Of a DNA stretch of 64,000 bases, positions 23,801-36,900 are shown in pieces. A model generated the notes under the pieces. It was not told where the DNA came from. It saw nothing but the letters and a program-made list of their open reading frames with translations, and did not search any database. Positions within the stretch are counted from its first letter, which is position 1, and each line of letters begins with the position of its first letter. Origin of the DNA: the human T2T-CHM13v2.0 reference genome, Homo sapiens. The translations under genes and the position numbers were made by a program. The stretch lies in NCBI RefSeq assembly GCF_009914755.1, contig NC_060940.1. One strand, written 5' to 3'.

Positions 23801-26800
23801 GGATATTCAGACCTCTTTGAGGCCTTCGTTGGAAACGGGATTTCTTCATATTATGCTAGACAGATGAATTCTCAGTAACTTCCTTGTGTTGTGTGTATTC
23901 AACTCACAGAGTTGAACGATCCTTTACACAGAGCAGATTTGAAACACTGTTTTTCTGGAATTTGCAAGTGGAGATTTCAGCCGCTTTGAGGTCAATGGTA
24001 GAAAAGGAAATATCTTCGTATAAAAACTAGACAGAATGATTCTCAGAAACTCCTTTGTGATGTGTGCGTTCAACTCACAGAGTTTAACCTTTCTTTTCAC
24101 AGAGCAGTTAGGAAACACTCTGTTTGTGAAGCCTGCCAGTGGATATTCGGACCTCTTTGAGGCCTTCGTTGGAAACGGGATTTCTTCGTATTATGCTAGA
24201 CAGAAGATTTCTCAGTAACTTCTTTGTGTTGTGTGTATGCAACTCACAGAGTTCAACCTTCCTTTAGACAGAGCAGATTTGAAACACTCTTTTTGTGGAA
24301 TTTGCAAGTGGAGATTTCAAGCGCTTCGATGCCAATGGTAGAAAAGGAAATATCTTCGTATAAAAACAAGACAAACTCGTTCCCAGACACTGCGTAGTGA
24401 TGTGTGTGTTTAACTCACAGAGTTTAACCTTTCTTTTCATACAGCATTCTGGAAACCCTCTGTTTGTAAAGTCTGCAAGTGGATATTTGGACCTCTTAGA
24501 TGCCTTCGTTGGAAACGGGATTTCTTCATATAATGCTAGAGGGAAGAATTCTTAGTAACTTCTTTGTGTTGTGTGTATTCAACTGACAGAGTTGAACCTT
24601 CCTTTAGACAGAGCAGATTTGAAAGTCTCTTTTTGTGGAATTTGCAAGTGGAGATTTCAAGCGCTTTGAGGCCAAAAGCAGAAAAGGAAATATTTTCCTA
24701 TAAAAACTAGACAGAATCTTTCTCAGAAACTGCTCTGGGATGTGTGCGTTCAACTCACAGAGTTTAACTTTTCTTTTCATTCAGCAGTTTGGAAACACTC
24801 TGTTTGGAAAGTCTGCACGTGGATATTTTGACCTCTTTGAGGCCTTCGTTGGAAACGGGTTTTTTTCATGTAAGGCTAGACAGAAGAAATCTCAGTAACT
24901 TCCTTGTGTTGTGTGTATTCAACTGACAGAGTTGAACCTTCCTTTAGACAGAGCAGATTCGAAACACTCTTTTTCTGCAATTTGCAAGTGGAGACTTCAA
25001 GCGCTTTGAGGCCAAAGGCAGAAAAGGAAATATCTTCGTATAAAAACCCGACAGAATCATTCTCAGAAACTGCTCTGTGATGTGTGCGTTCAACTCACAG
25101 AGTTTAACTTTTCTTTTCATTCAACAGTTTGGAAACACTCTGTTTGTAAAGTCTGCAAGTGGATATCTTGGCCTCTTAGAGGCCTTCGTTGGAAACGGGT
25201 TTTTTCATTTAAGGTTAGACAGAGGAATTCCCAGTAACTTCCTTGTGTTGTGTGCATTCAACTCACAGAGTTGAATGATTCTTTACACAGAGCAGATTTG
25301 AGACACTCTTTGGGTGGAATTTGTAAGTGGAGAATTCAGCCGCTTTGAGGTCAACGGTAGAAAAGGAAATATCTTCGTATAAAATCTAGACAGAATGATT
25401 CTCAGAAACTGTTTTTTGATGTGTGCGTTCAACTCACAGAGTTTAACCTTTCTTTTCAAAGAGCAGTTAGGAAACACTCTGTTTGTAAAGTCTGCAAGTG
25501 GATATTCAGACCTCTTTGAGGCCTTCGTTGGAAACGGGATTTCTTCATATTATGCTAGACAGATGAATTCTCAGTAACTTCCTTGTGTTGTGTGTATTCA
25601 ACTCACAGAGTTGAACGATCCTTTACACAGAGCAGATTTGAAACATTGTTTTTCTGGAATTTGCAAGTGGAGATTTCAGCCGCTTTGAGGTCAATGGTAG
25701 AAAAGGAAATATCTTCGTATAAAAACTAGACAGAATGATTCTCAGAAACTCCTTTGTGATGTGTGCGTTCAACTCACAGAGTTTAACCTTTCTTTTCACA
25801 GAGCAGTTAGGAAACACTCTGTTTGTGAAGCCTGCCAGTGGATATTCGGACCTCTTTGAGGCCTTCGTTGGAAACGGGATTTCTTCATATTATGCTAGAC
25901 AGAAGATTTCTCAGTAACTTCTTTGTGTTGTGTGTATGCAACTTACAGAGTTCAACCTTCCTTTAGAGAGAGCATATTTGAAACACTCTTTTTGTGGAAT
26001 TTGCAAGTGGAGATTTCAAGCGCTTCGATGCAAATGGTAGAAAAGGAAATATCTTCGTAGAAAAACAAGACAAACTCGTTCCCAGACACTGCGTAGTGAT
26101 GTGTGTGTTTAACTCACAGAGTTTAACCTTTCTTTTCATACAGCATTCTGGAAACCCTGTGTTTGTAAAGTCTGCAAGTGGATATTTGGACCTCTTAGAT
26201 GCCTTCGTTGGAAACGGGATTTCTTCATATAATGCTAGAGGGAAGAATTCTTAGTAACTTCTTTGTGTTGTGTGTATTCAACTGACAGAGTTGAACCTTC
26301 CTTTAGACAGAGCAGATTTGAAAGTCTCTTTTTGTGGAATTTGCAAGTGGAGATTTCAAGCGCTTTGAGGCCAAAAGCAGAAAAGGAAATATTTTCCTAT
26401 AAAAACTCGACAGAATCATTCTCAGAAACTGCTCTGTGATGTGTGCGTTCAACTCACAGAGTTTAACTTTTCTTTTCATTCAGCAGTTTGGAAACACTGT
26501 TTGGAAAGTCTGCACGTGGATATTTTGACCTCTTTGAGGCCTTCGTTGGAAACGGGTTTTTTTCATGTAAGGCTAGACAGAAGAAATCTCAGTAACTTCC
26601 TTGTGTTGTGTGTATTCAACTGACAGAGTTGAACCTTCCTTTAGACAGAGCAGATTCGAAACACTCTTTTTCTGCAATTTGCAAGTGGAGACTTCAAGCG
26701 CTTTGAGGCCAAAGGCAGAAAAGGAAATATCTTCGTATAAAAACCCGACAGAATCATTCTCAGAAACTGCTCTGTGATGTGTGCGTTCAACTCACAGAGT

Positions 26801-29800
26801 TTAACTTTTCTTTTCATTCAGCAGTTTGGAAACACTCTGTTTGTAAAGTCTGCAAGTGGATATCTTGGCCTCTTAGAGGCCTTCGTTGGAAACGGGTTTT
26901 TTCATGTAAGGATAGACAGAGGAATTCCCAGTAACTTCCTTGTGTTGTGTGCATTCAACTCACAGAGTTGAATGATTCTTTACACAGAGCAGATTTGAGA
27001 CACTCTTTGGGTGGCATTTGTAAGTGGAGAATTCAGCCGCTTTGAGGTCAACGGTAGAAAAGGAAATATCTTCGTATAAAATCTAGACAGAATGATTCTC
27101 AGAAACTGTTTTTTGATGTGTGCGTTCAACTCACAGAGTTTAACCTTTCTTTTCAGAGAGCAGTTAGGAAACACTCTGTTTGTAAAGTCTGCAAGTGGAT
27201 ATTCAGACCTCTTTGAGGCCTTCGTTGGAAACGGGATTTCTTCATATTATGCTAGACAGATGAATTCTCAGTAACTTCCTTGTGTTGTGTGTATTCAACT
27301 CACAGAGTTGAACGATCCTTTACACAGAGCAGATTTGAAACACTGTTTTTCTGGAATTTGCAAGTGGAGATTTCAGCCGCTTTGAGGTCAATGGTAGAAA
27401 AGGAAATATCTTCGTATAAAAACTAGACAGAATGATTCTCAGAAACTCCTTTGTGATGTGTGCGTTCAACTCACAGAGTTTAACCTCTCCTTTCACAGAG
27501 CACTTAGGAAACACTCTGTTTGTGAAGCCTGCCAGTGGATAATCGGACCTCTTTGAGGCCTTCGTTGGAAACGGGATTTCTTCATATTATGCTAGACAGA
27601 AGATTTCTCAGTAACTTCTTTGTGTTGTGTGTATGCAACTTACAGAGTTCAACCTTCCTTTAGAGAGAGCATATTTGAAACACTCTTTTTGTGGAATTTG
27701 CAAGTGGAGATTTCAAGCGCTTCGATGCAAATGGTAGAAAAGGAAATATCTTCGTATAAAAACAAGACAAACTCGTTCCCAGACACTGCGTAGTGATGTG
27801 TGTGTTTAACTCACAGAGTTTAACCTTTCTTTTCATACAGCATTCTGGAAACCCTGTGTTTGTAAAGTCTGCAAGTGGATATTTGGACCTTTTAGATGCC
27901 TTCGTTGGAAACGGGATTTCTTCATATAATGCTAGAGGGAAGAATTCTTAGTAACTTCTTTGTGTTGTGTGTATTCAACTGACAGAGTTGAACCTTCCTT
28001 TAGACAGAGCAGATTTGAAAGTCTCTTTTTGTGGAATTTGCAAGTGGAGATTTCAAGCGCTTTGAGGCCAAAAGCAGAAAAGGAAATATTTTCCTATAAA
28101 AACTCGACAGAATCATTCTCAGAAACTACTCTGTGATGTGTGCGTTCAACTCACAGAGTTTAACTTTTCTTTTCATTCAGCAGTTTGGAAACACTGTTTG
28201 GAAAGTCTGCACGTGGATATTTTGACCTCTTTGAGGCCTTCGTTGGAAACGGGTTTTTTTCATGTAAGGCTAGACAGAAGAAATCTCAGTAACTTCCTTG
28301 TGTTGTGTGTATTCAACTGACAGAGTTGAACCTTCCTTTAGACAGAGCAGATTCGAAACACTCTTTTTCTGCAATTTGCAAGTGGAGACTTCAAGCGCTT
28401 TGAGGCCAAAGGCAGAAAAGGAAATATCTTCGTAGAAAAACCCGACAGAATCATTCTCAGAAACTGCTCTGTGATGTGTGCGTTCAACTCACAGAGTTTA
28501 ACTTTTCTTTTCATTCAGCAGTTTGGAAACACTCTGTTTGTAAAGTCTGCAAGTGGATATCTTGGCCTCTTAGAGGCCTTCGTTGGAAACGGGTTTTTTC
28601 ATGTAAGGTTAGACAGAGGAATTCCCAGTAACTTCCTTGTGTTGTGTGCATTCAACTCACAGAGTTGAATGATTCTTTACACAGAGCAGATTTGAGACAC
28701 TCTTTTGGTGGAATTTGTTAGTGGAGAATTCAGCCGCTTTGAGGTCAACGGTAGAAAAGGAAATATCTTCGTATAAAAACTAGACAGAATGATTCTCAGA
28801 AACTGTTTTGTGATGTGTCCGTTCAACTCACAGAGTTTAACCTTTCTTTTCAAAGAGCAGTTAGGAAACACTCTGTTTGTAAAGTCTGCAAGTGGATATT
28901 CAGACCTCTTTGAGGCCTTCGTTGGAAACGGGATTTCTTCATATTATGCTAGACAGATGAATTCTCAGTAACTTCCTTGTGTTGTGTGTATTCAACTCAC
29001 AGAGTTGAACGATCCTTTACACAGAGCAGATTTGAAACACTGTTTTTCTGGAATTTGCAAGTGGAGATTTCAGCCGCTTTGAGGTCAATGGTAGAAAAAG
29101 AAATATCTTCGTATAAAAACTAGACAGAATGATTCTCAGAAACTCCTTTGTGATGTGTGCGTTCAACTCACAGAGTTTAACCTTTCTTTTCACAGAGCAG
29201 TTAGGAAACACTCTGTTTGTGAAGCCTGCCAGTGGATATTCGGACCTCTTTGAGGCCTTCGTTGGAAACGGGATTTCTTCATATTATGCTAGACAGAAGA
29301 TTTCTCAGTAACTTCTTTGTGTTGTGTGTATGCACCTCACAGAGTTCAACCTTCCTTTAGACAGAGCAGATTTGAAACACTCTTTTTGTGGAATTTGCAA
29401 GTGGAGATTTCAAGCGCTTCGATGCCAATGGTAGAAAAGGAAATATCTTCGTATAAAAACAAGACAAACTCGTTCCCAGACACTGCGTAGTGATGTGTGT
29501 GTTTAACTCACAGAGTTTCACCTTTCTTTTCATACAGCATTCTGGAAACCCTCTGTTTGTAAAGTCTGCAAGTGGATATTTGGACCTCTTAGATGCCTTC
29601 GTTGGAAACGGGATTTCTTCATATAATGCTAGAGGGAAGAATTCTTAGTAACTTCTTTGTGTTGTGTGTATTCAACTGACAGAGTTGAACCTTCCTTTAG
29701 ACAGAGCAGATTTGAAAGTCTCTTTTTGTGGAATTTGCAAGTGGAGATTTCAAGCGCTTTGAGGCCAAAAGCAGAAAAGGAAATATTTTCCTATAAAAAC

Positions 29801-30955
29801 TAGACAGAATCATTCTCAGAAACTGCTCTGTGATGTGTGTGTTCAACTCACAGAGTTTAAGTTTTCTTTTCATTCAGCAGTTTGGAAACACTCTGTTTGG
29901 AAAGTCTGCACGTGGATATTTTGACCTCTTTGAGGCCTTCGTTGGAAACGGGTTTTTTTCATGTAAGGCTAGACAGAAGAAATCTCAGTAACTTCCTTGT
30001 GTTGTGTGTATTCAACTGACAGAGTTGAACCTTCCTTTAGACAGAGCAGATTCGAAACACTCTTTTTCTGCAATTTGCAAGTGGAGACTTCAAGCGCTTT
30101 GAGGCCAAAGGCAGAAAAGGAAATATCTTCGTAGAAAAACCCGACAGAATCATTCTCAGAAACTGCTCTGTGATGTGTGCGTTCAACTCACAGAGTTTAA
30201 CTTTTCTTTTCATTCAGCAGTTTGGAAACACTCTGTTTGTAAAGTCTGCAAGTGGATATCTTGGCCTCTTAGAGGCCTTCGTTGGAAACGGGTTTTTTCA
30301 TGTAAGGTTAGACAGAGGAATTCCCAGTAACTTCCTTGTGTTGTGTGCATTCAACTCACAGAGTTGAATGATTCTTTACACAGAGCAGATTTGAGACACT
30401 CTTTTGGTGGAATTTGTAAGTGGAGAATTCAGCCGCTTTGAGGTCAACGGTAGAAAAGGAAATATCTTCGTATAAAAACTAGACAGAATGATTCTCAGAA
30501 ACTGTTTTGTGATGTGTGCGTTCAACTCACAGAGTTTAACCTTTCTTTTCAAAGAGCAGTTAGGAAACACTCTGTTAGTAAAGTCTGCAAGTGGATATTC
30601 AGACCTCTTTGAGGCCTTCGTTGGAAACGGGATTTCTTCATATTATGCTAGACAGATGAATTCTCAGTAACTTCCTTGTGTTGTGTGTATTCAACTCACA
30701 GAGTTGAACGATCCTTTACACAGAGCAGATTTGAAACACTGTTTTTCTGGAATTTGCAAGTGGAGATTTCAGCCGCTTTGAGGTCAATGGTAGAAAAGGA
30801 AATATCTTCGTATAAAAACTAGACAGAATGATTCTCAGAAACTCCTTTGTGATGTGTGCGTTCAACTCACAGAGTTTAACCTTTCTTTTCACAGAGCAGT
30901 TAGGAAACACTCTGTTTGTGAAGCCTGCCAGTGGATATTCGGACCTCTTTGAGGC

Positions 30956-30972
30956 CTTCGTTGGAAACAGGA
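30956..30972 (+). other. Mutated CENP-B box (CGGG>CAGG), dimer C
   Basis: Same variant as at 4135; also visible as GNRISS in the ORF track. Confidence 0.9.
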
Positions 30973-33900
30973 TTTCTTCGTATTATGCTAGACAGAAGAT
31001 TTCTCAGTAACTTCTTTGTGTTGTGTGTATGCAACTCACAGAGTTCAACCTTCCTTTAGACAGAGCAGATTTGAAACACTCTTTTTGTGGAATTTGCAAG
31101 TGGAGATTTCAAGCGCTTCGATGCCAATGGTAGAAAAGGAAATATCTTCGTATAAAAACAAGACAAACTCGTTCCCAGACACTGCGTAGTGATGTGTGTG
31201 TTTAACTCACAGAGTTTAACCTTTCTTTTCATACAGCATTCTGGAAACCCTCTGTTTGTAAAGTCTGCAAGTGGATATTTGGACCTCTTAGATGCCTTCG
31301 TTGGAAACGGGATTTCCTCATATAATGCTAGAGGGAAGAATTCTTAGTAACTTCTTTGTGTTGTGTGTATTCAACTGACAGAGTTGAACCTTCCTTTAGA
31401 CAGAGCAGATTTGAAAGTCTCTTTTTGTGGAATTTGCAAGTGGAGATTTCAAGCGCTTTGAGGCCAAAAGCAGAAAAGGAAATATTTTCCTATAAAAATT
31501 AGACAGAATCTTTCTCAGAAACTGCTCTGGGATGTGTGCGTTCAACTCACAGAGTTTAACTTTTCTTTTCATTCAGCAGTTTGGAAACACTCTGTTTGGA
31601 AAGTCTGCACGTGGATATTTTGACCTCTTTGAGGCCTTCGTTGGAAACGGGTTTTTTTCATGTAAGGCTAGACAGAAGAAATCTCAGTAACTTCCTTGTG
31701 TTGTGTGTATTCAACTGACAGAGTTGAACCTTCCTTTAGACAGAGCAGATTCGAAACACTCTTTTTCTGCAATTTGCAAGTGGAGACTTCAAGCGCTTTG
31801 AGGCCAAAGGCAGAAAAGGAAATATCTTCGTAGAAAAACCCGACAGAATCATTCTCAGAAACTGCTCTGTGATGTGTGCGTTCAACTCACAGAGTTTAAC
31901 TTTTCTTTTCATTCAGCAGTTTGGAAACACTCTGTTTGTAAAGTCTGCAAGTGGATATCTTGGCCTCTTAGAGGCCTTCGTTGGAAACGGGTTTTTTCAT
32001 GTAAGGTTAGACAGAGGAATTCCCAGTAACTTCCTTGTGTTGTGTGCATTCAACTCACAGAGTTGAATGATTCTTTACACAGAGCAGATTTGAGACACTC
32101 TTTTGGTGGAATTTGTTAGTGGAGAATTCAGCCGCTTTGAGGTCAACGGTAGAAAAGGAAATATCTTCGTATAAAAACTAGACAGAATGATTCTCAGAAA
32201 CTGTTTTGTGATGTGTGCGTTCAACTCACAGAGTTTAACCTTTCTTTTCAAAGAGCAGTTAGGAAACACTCTGTTTGTAAAGTCTGCAAGTGGATATTCA
32301 GACCTCTTTGAGGCCTTCGTTGGAAACGGGATTTCTTCATATTATGCTAGACAGATGAATTCTCAGTAACTTCCTTGTGTTGTGTGTATTCAACTCACAG
32401 AGTTGAACGATCCTTTACACAGAGCAGATTTGAAACACTGTTTTTCTGGAATTTGCAAGTGGAGATTTCAGCCGCTTTGAGGTCAATGGTAGAAAAGGAA
32501 ATATCTTCGTATAAAAACTAGACAGAATGATTCTCAGAAACTCCTTTGTGATGTGTGCGTTCAACTCACAGAGTTTAACCTTTCTTTTCACAGAGCAGTT
32601 AGGAAACACTCTGTTTGTGAAGCCTGCCAGTGGATATTCGGACCTCTTTGAGGCCTTCGTTGGAAACGGGATTTCTTCATATTATGCTAGACAGAAGATT
32701 TCTCAGTAACTTCTTTGTGTTGTGTGTATGCAACTCACAGAGTTCAACCTTCCTTTAGACAGAGCAGATTTGAAACACTCTTTTTGTGGAATTTGCAAGT
32801 GGAGATTTCAAGCGCTTCGATGCCAATGGTAGAAAAGGAAATATCTTCGTATAAAAACAAGACAAACTCGTTCCCAGACACTGCGTAGTGATGTGTGTGT
32901 TTAACTCACAGAGTTTAACCTTTCTTTTCATACAGCATTCTGGAAACCCTCTGTTTGTAAAGTCTGCAAGTGGATATTTGGACCTCTTAGATGCCTTCGT
33001 TGGAAACGGGATTTCTTCATATAATGCTAGAGGGAAGAATTCTTAGTAACTTCTTTGTGTTGTGTGTATTCAACTGACAGAGTTGAACCTTCCTTTAGAC
33101 AGAGCAGATTTGAAAGTCTCTTTTTGTGGAATTTGCAAGTGGAGATTTCAAGCGCTTTGAGGCCAAAAGCAGAAAAGGAAATATTTTCCTATAAAAACTC
33201 GACAGAATCTTTCTCAGAAACTGCTCTGGGATGTGTGCGTTCAACTCACAGAGTTTAACTTTTCTTTTCATTCAGCAGTTTGGAAACACTCTGTTTGGAA
33301 AGTCTGCACGTGGATATTTTGACCTCTTTGAGGCCTTCGTTGGAAACGGGTTTTTTTCATGTAAGGCTAGACAGAAGAAATCTCAGTAACTTCCTTGTGT
33401 TGTGTGTATTCAACTGACAGAGTTGAACCTTCCTTTAGACAGAGCAGATTCGAAACACTTTTTTTCTGCAATTTGCAAGTGGAGACTTCAAGCGCTTTGA
33501 GGCCAAAGGCAGAAAAGGAAATATCTTCGTATAAAAACCCGACAGAATCATTCTCAGAAACTGCTCTGTGATGTGTGCGTTCAACTCACAGAGTTTAACT
33601 TTTCTTTTCATTCAGCAGTTTGGAAACACTCTGTTTGTAAAGTCTGCAAGTGGATATCTTGGCCTCTTAGAGGCCTTCGTTGGAAGCGGGTTTTTTCATG
33701 TAAGGATAGACAGAGGAATTCCCAGTAACTTCCTTGTGTTGTATGCATTCAACTCACAGAGTTGAATGATTCTTTACACAGAGCAGATTTGAGACACTCT
33801 TTTGGTGGAATTTGTAAGTGGAGAATTCAGCCGCTTTGAGGTCAACGGTAGAAAAGGAAATATCTTCGTATAAAAACTAGAAAGAATGATTCTCAGAAAC

Positions 33901-36900
33901 TGTTTTGTGATGTGTGCTTTCAACTCACAGAGTTTAACCTTTCTTTTCAAAGAGCAGTTAGGAAACACTCTGTTTGTAAAGTCTGCAAGTGGATATTCAG
34001 ACCTCTTTGAGGCCTTCGTTGGAAACGGGATTTCTTCATATTATGCTAGACAGATGAATTCTCAGTAACTTCCTTGTGTTGTGTGTATTCAACTCACAGA
34101 GTTAAACGATCCTTTACACAGAGCAGATTTGAAACACTGTTTTTCTGGAATTTGCAAGTGGAGATTTCAGCCGCTTTGAGGTCAATGGTAGAAAAGGAAA
34201 TATCTTCGTATAAAAACTAGACAGAATGATTCTCAGAAACTCCTTTGTGATGTGTGCGTTCAACTCACAGAGTTTAACCTTTCTTTTCACAGAGCAGTTA
34301 GGAAACACTCTGTTTGTGAAGCCTGCCAGTGGATATTCGGACCTCTTTGAGGCCTTCGTTGGAAACGGGATTTCTTCATATTATGCTAGACAGAAGATTT
34401 CTCAGTAACTTCTTTGTGTTGTGTGTATGCAACTCACAGAGTTCAACCTTCCTTTAGACAGAGCAGATTTGAAACACTCTTTTTGTGGAATTTGCAAGTG
34501 GAGATTTCAAGCGCTTCGATGCCAATGGTAGAAAAGGAAATATCTTCGTATAAAAACAAGACAAACTCGTTCCCAGACACTGCGTAGTGATGTGTGTGTT
34601 TAACTCACAGAGTTTCACCTTTCTTTTCATACAGCATTCTGGAAACCCTGTGTTTGTAAAGTCTGCAAGTGGATATTTGGACCTCTTAGATGTCTTCGTT
34701 GGAAACGGGATTTCTTCATATAATGCTAGAGGGAAGAATTCTTAGTAACTTCTTTGTGTTGTGTGTATTCAACTGACAGAGTTGAACCTTCCTTTAGACA
34801 GAGCAGATTTGAAAGTCTCTTTTTGTGGAATTTGCAAGTGGAGATTTCAAGCGCTTTGAGGCCAAAAGCAGAAAAGGAAATATTTTCCTATAAAAACTCG
34901 ACAGAATCTTTCTCAGAAACTGCTCTGGGATGTGTGCGTTCAACTCACAGAGTTTAACTTTTCATTCAGCAGTTTGGAAACACTCTGTTTGGAAAGTCTG
35001 CACGTGGATATTTTGACCTCTTTGAGGCCTTCGTTGGAAACGGGTTTTTTTCATGTAAGGCTAGACAGAAGAAATCTCAGTAACTTCCTTGTGTTGTGTG
35101 TATTCAACTGACAGAGTTGAACCTTCCTTTAGACAGAGCAGATTCGAAACACTCTTTTTCTGCAATTTGCAAGTGGAGACTTCAAGCGCTTTGAGGCCAA
35201 AGGCAGAAAAGGAAATATCTTCGTATAAAAACCCGACAGAATCATTCTCAGAAACTGCTCTGTGATGTGTGCGTTCAACTCACAGAGTTTAACTTTTCTT
35301 TTCATTCAGCAGTTTGGAAACACTCTGTTTGTAAAGTCTGCAAGTGGATATCTTGGCCTCTTAGAGGCCTTCGTTGGAAACGGGTTTTTTCATTTAAGGT
35401 TAGACAGAGGAATTCCCAGTAACTTCCTTGTGTTGTGTGCATTCAACTCACAGAGTTGAATGATTCTTTACACAGAGCAGATTTGAGACACTCTTTTGGT
35501 GGAATTTGTAAGTGGAGAATTCAGCCGCTTTGAGGTCAACGGTAGAAAAGGAAATATCTTCGTATAAAATCTAGACAGAATGATTCTCAGAAACTGTTTT
35601 GTGATGTGTGCGTTCAACTCACAGAGTTTAACCTTTCTTTTCAAAGAGCAGTTAGGAAACACTCTGTTTGTAAAGTCTGCAAGTGGATATTCAGACCTCT
35701 TTGAGGCCTTCGTTGGAAACGGGATTTCTTCATATTATGCTAGACAGATGAATTCTCAGTAACTTCCTTGTGTTGTGTGTATTCAACTCACAGAGTTGAA
35801 CGATCCTTTACACAGAGCAGATTTGAAACATTGTTTTTCTGGAAATTGCAAGTGGAGATTTCAGCCGCTTTGAGGTCAATGGTAGAAAAGGAAATATCTT
35901 CGTATAAAAACTAGACAGAATGATTCTCAGAAACTCCTTTGTGATGTGTGCGTTCAACTCACAGAGTTTAACCTTTCTTTTCACAGAGCAGTTAGGAAAC
36001 ACTCTGTTTGTGAAGCCTGCCAGTGGATATTCGGACCTCTTTGAGGCCTTCGTTGGAAACGGGATTTCTTCATATTATGCTAGACAGAAGATTTCTCAGT
36101 AACTTCTTTGTGTTGTGTGTATGCAACTTACAGAGTTCAACCTTCCTTTAGAGAGAGCAGATTTGAAACACTCTTTTTGTGGAATTTGCAAGTGGAGATT
36201 TCAAGCGCTTCGATGCAAATGGTAGAAAAGGAAATATCTTCGTAGAAAAACAAGACAAACTCGTTCCCAGACACTGCGTAGTGATGTGTGTGTTTAACTC
36301 ACAGAGTTTAACCTTTCTTTTCATACAGCATTCTGGAAACCCTGTGTTTGTAAAGTCTGCAAGTGGATATTTGGACCTCTTAGATGCCTTCGTTGGAAAC
36401 GGGATTTCTTCATATAATGCTAGAGGGAAGAATTGTTAGTAACTTCTTTGTGTTGTGTGTATTCAACTGACAGAGTTGAACCTTCCTTTAGACAGAGCAG
36501 ATTTGAAAGTCTCTTTTTGTGGAATTTGCAAGTGGAGATTTCAAGCGCTTTGAGGCCAAAAGCAGAAAAGGAAATATTTTCCTATAAAAACTCGACAGAA
36601 TCATTCTCAGAAACTGCTCTGTGATGTGTGCGTTCAACTCACAGAGTTTAACTTTTCTTTTCATTCAGCAGTTTGGAAACACTGTTTGGAAAGTCTGCAC
36701 GTGGATATTTTGACCTCTTTGAGGCCTTCGTTGGAAACGGGTTTTTTTCATGTAAGGCTAGACAGAAGAAATCTCAGTAACTTCCTTGTGTTGTGTGTAT
36801 TCAACTGACAGAGTTGAACCTTCCTTTAGACAGAGCAGATTCGAAACACTCTTTTTCTGCAATTTGCAAGTGGAGACTTCAAGCGCTTTGAGGCCAAAGG

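Larger units (their letters stand above)
7216..24708 (+). repeat. Tandem duplication of a five-HOR block (period 8486-8487 bp)
   Basis: Rare variants recur at a fixed offset: 8222/16709, 5-bp deletion ~9494/~17981, 10449/18936, 12671/21157, 14544/23030, 14972/23458. Confidence 0.9.
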
